DNA of 64,000 nt from Candidatus Sungiibacteriota bacterium (GTDB taxonomy: Bacteria > Patescibacteriota > Minisyncoccia > Sungbacterales > HO2-52-23): assembly GCA_016432465.1 (NCBI GenBank), contig CP066690.1, positions 786,724-850,723 of the forward strand, given 5' to 3'. The notes under the pieces were generated by a model. The model was given only the letters and a program-made list of their open reading frames with translations. It did no database searches and was not told where the DNA came from. Of the stretch, positions 18,359 to 27,281 are shown piece after piece. Both the position numbers and the translations under genes were made by a program. Each line of letters opens with the position of its first letter. The stretch's first letter is position 1.

Positions 18359-19474
18359 ATGGCCGTGCAAGAAATAGTATCCGGCGATATCCTACCGGCG
18401 CGGGAGGCCATTGAAGCCATTGATGAGACTGACCTTGGGCCGCCGATTGAAATACCAGCAATATCCCCGGACGCTTTCCCGGAAAATATCACGGATGAGG
18501 AGCGGAAGTTTTTAAGATCCGAAATTCAACGCCTCAAAGAGGAGCGTAATGCCCTAATTTTGGCCCACAATTATATGCCCAAAGACGTGCAGGATATTGC
18601 CGATGTGGTGGGGGACTCGCTTTATCTTGCCCAGCGGGGTACGGCATCCAATGCGGATATTCTTTGTGAGGCCGCAGTGCTTTTTATGAATCAGATTTTG
18701 GCAATCATGAAAAAGCCGCACCAGAGGGTTTTGGCGCCGAGTATGTCGGCCTTATGTTCTTTGGCAGCGCATGCGGACGCGGAAAAAATCCGGGCGTGGA
18801 GGCAAGAGCATCCGGACGGCATTGTCATAAGTTATGTAAATACCTACGTGGACGTAAAAGCCGAAAGTGATTATTGCTGTGCGTCCGCGAACTCCCCCAG
18901 GGTTATTCTTCATGTTCTCGCGCATCATCCCGGAAAACCTATTCTTTTTCTCCCCGATGTTTATCTTGGTTTTTATGCGGCAAAACTTCTGCAGCAGCAA
19001 GGCGAGTCTTTGGATCGGCTGTGGCTTATGATGGGCGTATGTCACGTGCACGATCGCATACGGCCTCATCATGTAGAAGCGGCACGCAAACTCTATCCCG
19101 GAGCGGCAGCCGTGGTGCATCCGGAATGCGGTTGCACCAGCGCCTGTATGCGTCAGATCAGTGATGGTTTGGTGCCTTCCAGCATGATGCAGTTTCGTTC
19201 CACTCAAGGCATGATTGATTTTGTAAAACAATCACCCCAAAGGGTTGTGATTGTGGCGACGGAAGTCGGGAACCTAGTTCCTATGTCCAAGGCCGCACCA
19301 GATAAAGTTCTGATTCCTGCCAACCGCGAGGCAGTCTGCGCTTTCATGAAGCAAAATACACTGCGCGGCGTTTATGGGTCGTTGCGCGATCTCAAATATG
19401 AAATTTCGATTGATGATCCGGAACTTGCTAAGCGCGCCCGCATCCCCATTGAGCGGATGCTCGCGATTGTGTAA
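18359..19474 (+). CDS. nadA: Quinolinate synthase (start may be GTG 18365)
   Basis: 'LILAHNY', 'GDSLYLA', three cluster cysteines 'ALCSLA', 'GVCHVH', 'VCAFMK'; 'SYVNT', 'FLPD', 'VHPEC'. Confidence 0.95.
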   Translation: MAVQEIVSGDILPAREAIEAIDETDLGPPIEIPAISPDAFPENITDEERKFLRSEIQRLKEERNALILAHNYMPKDVQDIADVVGDSLYLAQRGTASNADILCEAAVLFMNQILAIMKKPHQRVLAPSMSALCSLAAHADAEKIRAWRQEHPDGIVISYVNTYVDVKAESDYCCASANSPRVILHVLAHHPGKPILFLPDVYLGFYAAKLLQQQGESLDRLWLMMGVCHVHDRIRPHHVEAARKLYPGAAAVVHPECGCTSACMRQISDGLVPSSMMQFRSTQGMIDFVKQSPQRVVIVATEVGNLVPMSKAAPDKVLIPANREAVCAFMKQNTLRGVYGSLRDLKYEISIDDPELAKRARIPIERMLAIV

Positions 19475-19485
19475 GGAGACAAGAG

Positions 19486-20322
19486 ATGAATGAACTCTGG
19501 CTTGAACCGGAACTTAAGCGTTTTTTGCTGGAGGATATAGGGTATCTAGAAATTGATTTTGGGGTTCCAGCGCGTTACATTACTGCCGAAATTGTTGCTG
19601 GAGGCGAAGGAGTATTTTGCGGTGGTCGTTTTATAGCAAAACTTTTTAATCTTTTGGTTCCGCCGGAGATTAGACCGCTGCAGATGATTCATTGCGAACC
19701 GGAAGGCGCAGAATTTAAAAAAGGAACAATACTGGCCAGTTTCAGAGTCAACGCCGAAGCCCTGCGGCACGGCACTCGTACGGTACTCAACCTACTGACG
19801 CACCTTACGGCGATTGCCACGCGTACTCGCGAAGTAGTAAAAGAGCTGCAGAATTTTTCAGTTACCTTGCTTGATACTAGAAAAACAACTCCGGGATTGA
19901 GGATTTTTGAGAAATATGCAGTTCGCGTGGGCGGCGCATCCAACCATCGCATGGGCAGGTTTGACGGCATACTTATTAAAAAAGAAGACATTAAAATTGA
20001 TGGCGGGATCAGGAATGCCGTGGAGAAGGCATGCCGCAAGAAAGCGTACCTTGTCGCTGTGTCGGTGGAAATAGAAACACTGGAGGAATTGGGGGAGGCG
20101 CTGGGAGACAAGCGCGTGACGCATCTTTTGGTTGATAACCCCAGTATTGAACTTCTCCAAAGAACAGTAGAGCGTTGCGCCAGCACCCATATAATAGAAG
20201 CATCAGGGGTGGGAAAGTTGGACCTTCGCGAGGTAGCGGCCACCGGTGTGCATTATATCTCTCTAAGTTCGTTGATTCTCGGCGCAAAAACAATTAAGAT
20301 GAAGATGAGAATAGTCTCCTAA
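19486..20322 (+). CDS. nadC: Quinolinate phosphoribosyltransferase
   Basis: 'LLEDIG', 'IATRT', 'LDTRKTTPGLRIFEKYAVRVGGASNHR', 'VEIE', 'VDN', 'EASG'. Confidence 0.92.
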   Translation: MNELWLEPELKRFLLEDIGYLEIDFGVPARYITAEIVAGGEGVFCGGRFIAKLFNLLVPPEIRPLQMIHCEPEGAEFKKGTILASFRVNAEALRHGTRTVLNLLTHLTAIATRTREVVKELQNFSVTLLDTRKTTPGLRIFEKYAVRVGGASNHRMGRFDGILIKKEDIKIDGGIRNAVEKACRKKAYLVAVSVEIETLEELGEALGDKRVTHLLVDNPSIELLQRTVERCASTHIIEASGVGKLDLREVAATGVHYISLSSLILGAKTIKMKMRIVS

Positions 20323-20346
20323 AAAGGCGGCCTCGGCCGCCTTTTA
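20321..20346 (+). terminator. Intrinsic terminator after nadC
   Basis: AAAAGGCGGCC-TC-GGCCGCCTTTT. Confidence 0.65.
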
Positions 20347-20381
20347 AAATTGATAACTTTGGTATAAAATACGTTTTAGAC

Positions 20382-22673
20382 ATGGCAACTAACGATAAAA
20401 AAAGGCAAATTCCCATTACCCTAAGTCGCACCTTGGGCGTCTGGGAAGTAACTCTTCTTGGGGTGGGGGCGCTTTTAGGTGGCGGGATTTTCACCCTTTT
20501 AGGGCATGCGGCTGGACTGGCCGGAGGCGGTCTTATTTTTGCCATGATGCTGGGTGCGGCGATTTCTTTTTTAAACCTTAATTCTTATGTTTCGCTTGCC
20601 ACTACCTTTCCCGAAGCTGGCGGAGGGTATCTTTGGGTTAAGGAAGGATTAGGGGACTTGCAAGGATTTATGTCCGGCTGGATTTCTTGGATGGCGCACT
20701 CGGTTGCCTGTTCTCTTTATGCCGTAAGCTTTGGTATTTTTGCCGCAGAATTTGCTTTTTCGCTTCTTGGTGTACCCATGTTTGGAATTTCGCTTTTTAC
20801 TTGGAGGCTGCTTTTTACAACTGCAGTGGTGGTTTTTTTCGGATTGGTTAACTATCGCGGTGTAGCCCTTACGGGTAAAGCGGGCGGCTACATTTCACTT
20901 ACGCTTATTGCTATACTACTTTTTTATATCTTTTTTGGAGTGAAGCGGATGACTGGTCTCCCCGATCTTTTAAATATTAATTTCTTGCCCTTGCTTCCTT
21001 TTGGACTTGTGGGGGTACTGCAGGCAGCATCGCTTTTTTATATTGCTTTTGAGGGGTCCGAAATTCAGGCGCAAACCGGCGAGGAAGCCAAAGACCCCGC
21101 ACGGACGCTAAAAATTTCGCTTTTTTCTTCTTGGGCTATTATTTCAGTCCTCTATCTTTTAATTGCGTTTGTCATTGTCGGCGCGACCAGTAATTTGGGC
21201 GAACCTTCCTGGAAAGTTCTTATGGGACATTCGGACCGCGCCATTATTGAGTCAGCCAAACAGTTTATGCCTGTGGGCTATATTCTTATGGTGTTGGGGG
21301 GGTTGCTAGCCAACATTGCTGCGCTCAATGCCACTATTTATTCTTCTTCACGGGTCCTTTTTGCTATGGCGCGGGACAAATTTGTCTGGCCCAAACTCGC
21401 CGATATGCATGAACTTAATCTCACGCCCTACCGCGCTGTACTGCTTTCGGTGGCCGCAATTATTTTTGTGGCCGTTTTCCTGCCCCTGAAAGATATCGCG
21501 GGGGCTGCTGACATTCTATTTATACTGCTTTTCTCACAGCTTAATCTTGCCTACATAGAACTTCGGCGCAAAAAGCCGGAAGCGCGCTGGTATTACGTGG
21601 TTCCTTTTGGGCCGGTGCTGCCGCTTACGGCAGTAGTGCTTTACTTCGTCCTCGGAGTTTCGCTTTTTCACGTAAGTCCTATTGCTATTTATTTTACTGC
21701 CATCTGGTTTCTTTTGGGCCTCGTGAATTATTTTGCTTTTACCAAAACACAGGAGCGCGAGGATCTGGAACGGGAAGTTATGTATGAGCATACTACGCGA
21801 TTCCGTGAGAAGTTAGGATATCGCATAATTCTGCCGGTAGCTAATGAAGAACACTGGAATATGTTTTCGCAGATCGCCCTTGCTGTGGCGCGCGAGGAAC
21901 AGGGAGAACTTTTGGTCTTGAGAATTCACGAGGTTCCTCCAACTCTTCCCTTGGCTGCGGGTTTTAACACCGACCACGAAAGAAGGGTGCTGGACAAAAT
22001 AGAAAAATCGTCTATTGAGAAAAAAACGAATATAGATACGAGATTGCTTGCGGCGCGCTCCGTCCCGGAGACTATTTTAGAAACAGTAGCGGTGGAGAAT
22101 GGAGACCTGCTGATTATGGGTTGGGACGGCTATGTTGATACCAAGGGTTTTATCTTTGGCCGCAAGGTAGATACGGTATTGCATCGCGCCAAAAGCGACT
22201 TGCTAGTGGTTAAATTGCAGGACCCGGAACACATAAAAAGAATCTTGGTTCCGGTGCCCTTAGATGAAAATCCCAATCTTCGTTTTGCCGGAAAGGTTGC
22301 AACCGCTTTGGCCAACTGGTTTGACGGGGAAGTTACTGTGGTTATGATCATACCGGATTACACCTCAAACATCAGTTATGCTCGTTATCACGTGTTGTTG
22401 GAGGATAGGATTCGAGAACTAAAGTTTAAAACTACCAAAGAAATAAAATTAAAACTAATTCGTTCCAACCATATTGCCTCTGCTATTATCAAGGAGGCTA
22501 ATCATCACGATGTGGTGCTTTTGCCAGCGGCCCGCGGCCGCATTACCAAGGTTATTGGGATGGGATCAATTCCGGAACAAATCGCTAAGCATTGCCGCAA
22601 AACTATAATCATGGCCAAGGGGCATCGTGGTATTATTCAGCCGTTTTTTGACTACGTCAAATCGCGCTTTTGA
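20382..22673 (+). CDS. APC-family amino acid permease with C-terminal universal stress protein domains
   Basis: 'LGVGALLGGGIF', 'FPEAGGGY', 'GEEAKDPART', 'SSSRVLFAMARD'; USP-like 'RIILPVAN', 'DLLIMGW', 'RILVPV'. Confidence 0.9.
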   Translation: MATNDKKRQIPITLSRTLGVWEVTLLGVGALLGGGIFTLLGHAAGLAGGGLIFAMMLGAAISFLNLNSYVSLATTFPEAGGGYLWVKEGLGDLQGFMSGWISWMAHSVACSLYAVSFGIFAAEFAFSLLGVPMFGISLFTWRLLFTTAVVVFFGLVNYRGVALTGKAGGYISLTLIAILLFYIFFGVKRMTGLPDLLNINFLPLLPFGLVGVLQAASLFYIAFEGSEIQAQTGEEAKDPARTLKISLFSSWAIISVLYLLIAFVIVGATSNLGEPSWKVLMGHSDRAIIESAKQFMPVGYILMVLGGLLANIAALNATIYSSSRVLFAMARDKFVWPKLADMHELNLTPYRAVLLSVAAIIFVAVFLPLKDIAGAADILFILLFSQLNLAYIELRRKKPEARWYYVVPFGPVLPLTAVVLYFVLGVSLFHVSPIAIYFTAIWFLLGLVNYFAFTKTQEREDLEREVMYEHTTRFREKLGYRIILPVANEEHWNMFSQIALAVAREEQGELLVLRIHEVPPTLPLAAGFNTDHERRVLDKIEKSSIEKKTNIDTRLLAARSVPETILETVAVENGDLLIMGWDGYVDTKGFIFGRKVDTVLHRAKSDLLVVKLQDPEHIKRILVPVPLDENPNLRFAGKVATALANWFDGEVTVVMIIPDYTSNISYARYHVLLEDRIRELKFKTTKEIKLKLIRSNHIASAIIKEANHHDVVLLPAARGRITKVIGMGSIPEQIAKHCRKTIIMAKGHRGIIQPFFDYVKSRF

Positions 22674-22750
22674 AATTTTTTGTTAGTTGTGGTATACTTA
22701 AAATATGAGGTTCTTCGAAAATCTTTGAGGCTGGAAAAAGGAGGGAGTCG

Positions 22751-23701
22751 GTGGTCAGGAAGCCATTATCTTTGGGGCTTTTTCTACTGCTTTGGGTAGC
22801 ATTTGTGACGGCCTGCGGATCTTCCGGAGGCGGGGGTTCTGGCAGTCAGGGGGGCGGACCATCTTTTAATCTGCCTTCGGATCTATCTGCGTTTTTGGTT
22901 AAAAAAGTATGTATTGATAATCCACAGCAGGATCCTTACACCTGTACGAACCGCAGGGAATTAATGCCCGGGGAGTCGCTTCATATAAGTAATGTTGATA
23001 TGGAAGATAGTCAGGTAAGTGACGCCCTGCCGTTAGCAGACGGTCGAGTGGTGGCTACATTTGATTTTCCGCCTTTTCATATATTTAATAATGATATTGA
23101 CGGGTATGATTTGGCCGGAAAGTCCTTGCTTTTCTACGGCATCCAGGTCACGCGTGATCCGGTCAGTAAGGGAGTGACTTGGTTTAGGCGTGAAAACGGC
23201 GTCTGTAGCCAGTTTGATAGCTGGATTCTTTTCCCAAGATTTCATTCAGGAAATGGTATGTTGTCCGGACACATTGTTGCGTTATTGCACGGCGAACCTT
23301 GGGAGAAAAAGGGTCTGCCTTATCCAGGACTATGCACGGGCACAGATGTGCCGGCGCTTACCAAGTGGAGTTCACAGATTGTAGTGTATACGTCACACGG
23401 CACTCCACCGGTTGCCAAAGTGATGCTGACCATTGTTTCGGAACACTACAATAGCGCTTCGGAAGAGACCGCGACCATGATTGAAATTTTCTATTCAACC
23501 GATGTCTATGGTTTCCGAACCCGTTGGGAGCTTTGGGTGAGACAAGAAATCGGCGAGTCCCCGGTTTCCGACCAAAAGTGTAATGGCCCCAAGAGAAAAG
23601 GCCCTTGGCTTATGGTAGACTGCCGTGATTTTTCAAAAGTTCGTGTAAATTCTCCGCCTTTTGATTCAGTGGTCTGGCTTGTGCATGTGCCCGTGCCCTA
23701 A
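22751..23701 (+). CDS. Hypothetical lipoprotein
   Basis: Lipobox-like 'VTAC' followed by a Gly/Ser linker; GGAGGGAG RBS. Confidence 0.7.
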   Translation: MVRKPLSLGLFLLLWVAFVTACGSSGGGGSGSQGGGPSFNLPSDLSAFLVKKVCIDNPQQDPYTCTNRRELMPGESLHISNVDMEDSQVSDALPLADGRVVATFDFPPFHIFNNDIDGYDLAGKSLLFYGIQVTRDPVSKGVTWFRRENGVCSQFDSWILFPRFHSGNGMLSGHIVALLHGEPWEKKGLPYPGLCTGTDVPALTKWSSQIVVYTSHGTPPVAKVMLTIVSEHYNSASEETATMIEIFYSTDVYGFRTRWELWVRQEIGESPVSDQKCNGPKRKGPWLMVDCRDFSKVRVNSPPFDSVVWLVHVPVP

Positions 23702-23770
23702 TTGGGACGGGCTTTTACATTAAGGTTGCCGTTATAACCTAAAATAGTATATAATAAAGGCCATCTGATT

Positions 23771-24688
23771 ATGAGTGTCTGGACCGAGAAAACAAAAAAT
23801 ATCAGAAAAACTTGGCTTCTTATGTCCGTATTTTTTGGCGTGGTTATTGCGATTGGCTGGCTATTCAGCCGTCTTTACGGAAACTCCAGTATTCTTTATA
23901 TTGCCGTATTTTTTAGCATCTTTATGAATGTGTTGAGTTATTGGTTTTCGGATAAAATCGTGCTGATGTTGCATCGGGCGCGCCCCCTAGACGCCAAATC
24001 TCACCCGGAACTTTACCAAATAGTGGCCAGACTTGTTTCTTTGGCTGGTTTGCCCATGCCCAAACTTTATATTATTGATGATCCGGCTCCGAATGCTTTT
24101 GCAACCGGCCGTAATTCCAAACACGCCGTAGTGGCTGTAACCTCCGGGATTTTGGAGCGTTTGAGCCCTGCGGAACTGGAAGGGGTCCTAAGCCACGAGC
24201 TCTCCCACATTGGTAATCGCGATATGCTGGTGTCCACGGTTGCTGTAGTACTCGTAGGATTTGTTTCTATACTCTCTGATATTTTTATGCGATCTATGCT
24301 TTTTGGGGGTTGGGCTGGTAGAGATGATGATCGAGACAGGGGAGCGGGCGGGTTTATACTTGTTATCGGTATTATTTTTTCTATTCTTGCGTCCCTGATT
24401 GCTTCTTTGATTCATCTTGCTATTTCGCGTAGGCGCGAGCTTTTGGCGGATTCTTCCGGGGCGCTGCTTACTCGTGCTCCGCAGAATTTGGCTTCTGCTC
24501 TTGGAAAAATTGCATCGTATTCGCGGCCGCTATCAAGCGCCAAAAACGCTACGGCCCACCTTTTTTTCGGCAACCCGTTTGGTGCGGACCGAAGTGGTTT
24601 GCACAAAACATCTTGGATTATAAAGATGTTTTCCACACACCCGCCAATTGAGGAACGGATTGCGGCGCTTGAACAAATAAAAGTATAA
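23771..24688 (+). CDS. htpX: Zinc metalloprotease HtpX
   Basis: 'PNAFATGR', 'HELSH', 'ISRRRELLAD', 'FSTHPPIEERI'. Confidence 0.93.
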   Translation: MSVWTEKTKNIRKTWLLMSVFFGVVIAIGWLFSRLYGNSSILYIAVFFSIFMNVLSYWFSDKIVLMLHRARPLDAKSHPELYQIVARLVSLAGLPMPKLYIIDDPAPNAFATGRNSKHAVVAVTSGILERLSPAELEGVLSHELSHIGNRDMLVSTVAVVLVGFVSILSDIFMRSMLFGGWAGRDDDRDRGAGGFILVIGIIFSILASLIASLIHLAISRRRELLADSSGALLTRAPQNLASALGKIASYSRPLSSAKNATAHLFFGNPFGADRSGLHKTSWIIKMFSTHPPIEERIAALEQIKV

Positions 24689-24691
24689 GCC

Positions 24692-25285
24692 ATGCGTATA
24701 GTTGTTGCTACCACTAACCCTGCGAAGTTTAAAGAAGCCAAAGAGGTACTGCAGGGAGAAGACTTAGAAATTTTGAGTCTGGGTGATTTTCCAAATATAA
24801 ATCCGGTGGAAGAGTCCGGCGATACATTTGAAGAAAATGCGGTTTTAAAAGCCAAAGGGTATTTTTTACAGACTCAAATTTCATGTATTGCTGATGATGG
24901 GGGATTGGAGGTAGAGTACTTAGGCGGCGCGCCGGGGGTGCATAGTAAACGTTGGCTGGGATATGAAGCAACTGATTGGGAGCTGGCGCAGGCCATACTT
25001 AAGAAACTTGAGGGTGTATCGTGGGAGCAGAGAAAAGCGCGCCTCGGCGGATTTATTTCTTTTTTTGACGGCAAAAATCTTTTAACCCGTGAGGATTGGA
25101 TTGATGGGTACATAATGGACGAGTTAAAAGAAGAAATTTGTCCCGGATTTCCGTACCGCCCCCTTCTTTATATTCCGCAATTTCGTAAAACCTACGCCGA
25201 GCTTACAGAAGAAGAGCACAATAAAGTAAATTTCCGAAGAAAAAATTTAAGGGCATTAAAATCAAAAATTTTGGAATTATTATAA
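24692..25285 (+). CDS. rdgB: Non-canonical purine NTP pyrophosphatase (RdgB/HAM1)
   Basis: 'VATTNPAKFKE', 'EESGDTFEENAVLKA', 'ADDGGLEV..LGGAPGVHSKRW'. Confidence 0.88.
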   Translation: MRIVVATTNPAKFKEAKEVLQGEDLEILSLGDFPNINPVEESGDTFEENAVLKAKGYFLQTQISCIADDGGLEVEYLGGAPGVHSKRWLGYEATDWELAQAILKKLEGVSWEQRKARLGGFISFFDGKNLLTREDWIDGYIMDELKEEICPGFPYRPLLYIPQFRKTYAELTEEEHNKVNFRRKNLRALKSKILELL

Positions 25286-25289
25286 TATC

Positions 25290-25562
25290 ATGGAGTCACC
25301 AGAAATTACGCCCAAAAAAGAAGAGTCGCCACAACGCAGAAGGTCTCCGGAAGAACCGGGCGAAGTTAAATATGCCCCCAAAGATTACAATATTCCGGAA
25401 GGAGAACGAAAGAGACAAAAATCAATCGTAGAACGTAAAGTGGACGGCCAAACCCACCGCATAGAAATTTGGTATGAAGAAATACGGTCTGGCGATTGGC
25501 AGAAACTTCCCGGAGAAAAAGATTTGGGCATAGCGGAGCAAGAGTTTAAAAATGCGGCATAG
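25290..25562 (+). CDS. Hypothetical protein
   Basis: 90-aa ORF starting 4 bp after rdgB. Confidence 0.55.
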   Translation: MESPEITPKKEESPQRRRSPEEPGEVKYAPKDYNIPEGERKRQKSIVERKVDGQTHRIEIWYEEIRSGDWQKLPGEKDLGIAEQEFKNAA

Positions 25563-25596
25563 GGAGGCGTCGCAAATCGCAATCCCATTTATAAAT

Positions 25597-25680
25597 GGAG
25601 GGTTGGCCGAGCGGTTTAAGGCGCACGCTTGGAAAGCGTGTGGGAGAAATCCCTCACAGGTTCGAATCCTGTACCCTCCG
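25597..25680 (+). tRNA. tRNA-Ser(GGA)
   Basis: Acceptor GGAGGGT/ACCCTCC, anticodon arm CACGC-TTGGAAA-GCGTG, long variable arm, GGTTCGAATCC; CCA not encoded. Confidence 0.95.
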
Positions 25681-25788
25681 ATAGATTGTGCGCCCGTTCG
25701 AGAGACCGGGCGCCCTTTTTATAAAAAAACAACCTACTCGGCTAAAAGCCTTTCGGTTGGTGATCTTTGTGGGATACGGTTATCCCTA

Positions 25789-25983
25789 TTACTCCTCGCG
25801 TGAATACGATTGAGCTTGCCACATACTAACGCGCCGACCGCTCTCGGTTACAACTCCGAACCCACCCTCTGATGGTTTCGCAAGCTGACCCTTATCATTG
25901 ATGCCCCATTTGGAGACAATCTTTTCAAGCTGGCCGTTTACCTTGACGTGTGTAGCTTCTGTCACATCGACTCCGTGCTTCAT
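25789..25983 (-). CDS. Small hypothetical protein
   Basis: 64-aa ORF with AAGGAGGG RBS. Confidence 0.55.
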   Translation of the reverse strand: MKHGVDVTEATHVKVNGQLEKIVSKWGINDKGQLAKPSEGGFGVVTESGRRVSMWQAQSYSREE

Positions 25984-26144
25984 TTTGTTCCCTCCTTAAG
26001 ACTGCGGTTGAAAGAACTCTTAAAGATTATCAAAGATAGGTTCTGTTTGTCAACCAACAGACTTAGAATACCCCCCCGAGGAAGGTTGACGAAATGTAAT
26101 AAAAAATGTTATTCTAGAGTTATGCCTTTTGAAAGGATACTACT

Positions 26145-27230
26145 ATGGAAACAGGTGCGACTCAAAAAATTCGACAGGCCGTAGGGGTTATTGAAACTTG
26201 CATCGGCCTCAAGGGCGTATGGGCAAGCCCTATTCGTTACAAATATCAGTGCTGGACACGTGATTTTGCTCTAGCCACTGAAGAAGCGCTTCTGGACCTT
26301 GGTAGACCAGAAGTTGTTAAACTTCATTTAAACGAACTTTCTAGGCGCCAATACAGTGATGGGCGTATACCCATTATGTTTCTGGACAAGCCGTTGCGAT
26401 GGCTTCTGCTCAAGGCGTGGCACGCCATTAAGAATCGACGAATGTCATTTCTTCTTCGCCAATATTTCAGTAAAGATGGCATCGGCCAGCTTTCGCCCTG
26501 GACGCGGGATTCAGAACTGCTTTATGCGCTTGCTGTCGCCAGCTTTGTACGTCGAACACACGATGACACTTTTCTTATGAGGCATACTTCGCACATTCGG
26601 GCGGCTCTTGGTTACGTCGAGTCATCACTTATGAAGGGCGGACTTATTTTCGGAGGCGACTGGCGAGACACACGCCCCGACCTTACTGATAAATTTCTTC
26701 TGACAAACAACTGCTTGCTATATCAGGCATATGCGCTACTGGGCGAGACAAAAAAGGCAGAAGCCATCAAGGCCGCTATCAACGAGCGATTTTGGACCGG
26801 TTCTTATTATCGTGACTATATCGGTATTGATGATTTTGATACCTTGGGCAATTCCCTGGCCATTCTTTTTGATGTAGCGCCACAGGATCGTTGGCCATCC
26901 ATTATTGAGAGCGCAGAGGCGCTGGATACACCATACGGATATAAAATAAATAAGGTGACCTTGCCCCCAAAGTCGAAAGAAGAAACCGCAGTCATGTTGA
27001 GAACAAATCAGTTCGGCGTGATCTGGCCATTCATTCATGGGTTTATGATCTTGGCCGCCCTGAAAGGAGGCAGGACCGATATAGCAAAAAGACAGCTCCA
27101 AAAGTGGACTACACTTGACGGGTTCTATGAGTTTTATGATCCAACCACTGGAAGGGGTTATGGTAGCGTTGATCAGGTTTGGAGTGCCGCACTCTATTTC
27201 CGGACTGCGCATGCGTTAGGTGTAACGTAA
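26145..27230 (+). CDS. Six-hairpin glycosidase (amylo-alpha-1,6-glucosidase / invertase-like)
   Basis: 'CWTRDF', 'DWRD', 'FDTLGNSLAILF', 'GVIWPFIHG', 'FYEFYD', 'QVWSAA'. Confidence 0.8.
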   Translation: METGATQKIRQAVGVIETCIGLKGVWASPIRYKYQCWTRDFALATEEALLDLGRPEVVKLHLNELSRRQYSDGRIPIMFLDKPLRWLLLKAWHAIKNRRMSFLLRQYFSKDGIGQLSPWTRDSELLYALAVASFVRRTHDDTFLMRHTSHIRAALGYVESSLMKGGLIFGGDWRDTRPDLTDKFLLTNNCLLYQAYALLGETKKAEAIKAAINERFWTGSYYRDYIGIDDFDTLGNSLAILFDVAPQDRWPSIIESAEALDTPYGYKINKVTLPPKSKEETAVMLRTNQFGVIWPFIHGFMILAALKGGRTDIAKRQLQKWTTLDGFYEFYDPTTGRGYGSVDQVWSAALYFRTAHALGVT

Positions 27231-27281
27231 GACATACACGGAGAATGTACAAAAATGTAACGCCGCTTTTTGAGCGGCGCT

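Noticed and set aside
20382-22673. APC permease as the aspartate importer of the nad operon
   Set aside because: A terminator-like hairpin separates it from nadC and it has no NrtR site; substrate cannot be read from sequence.
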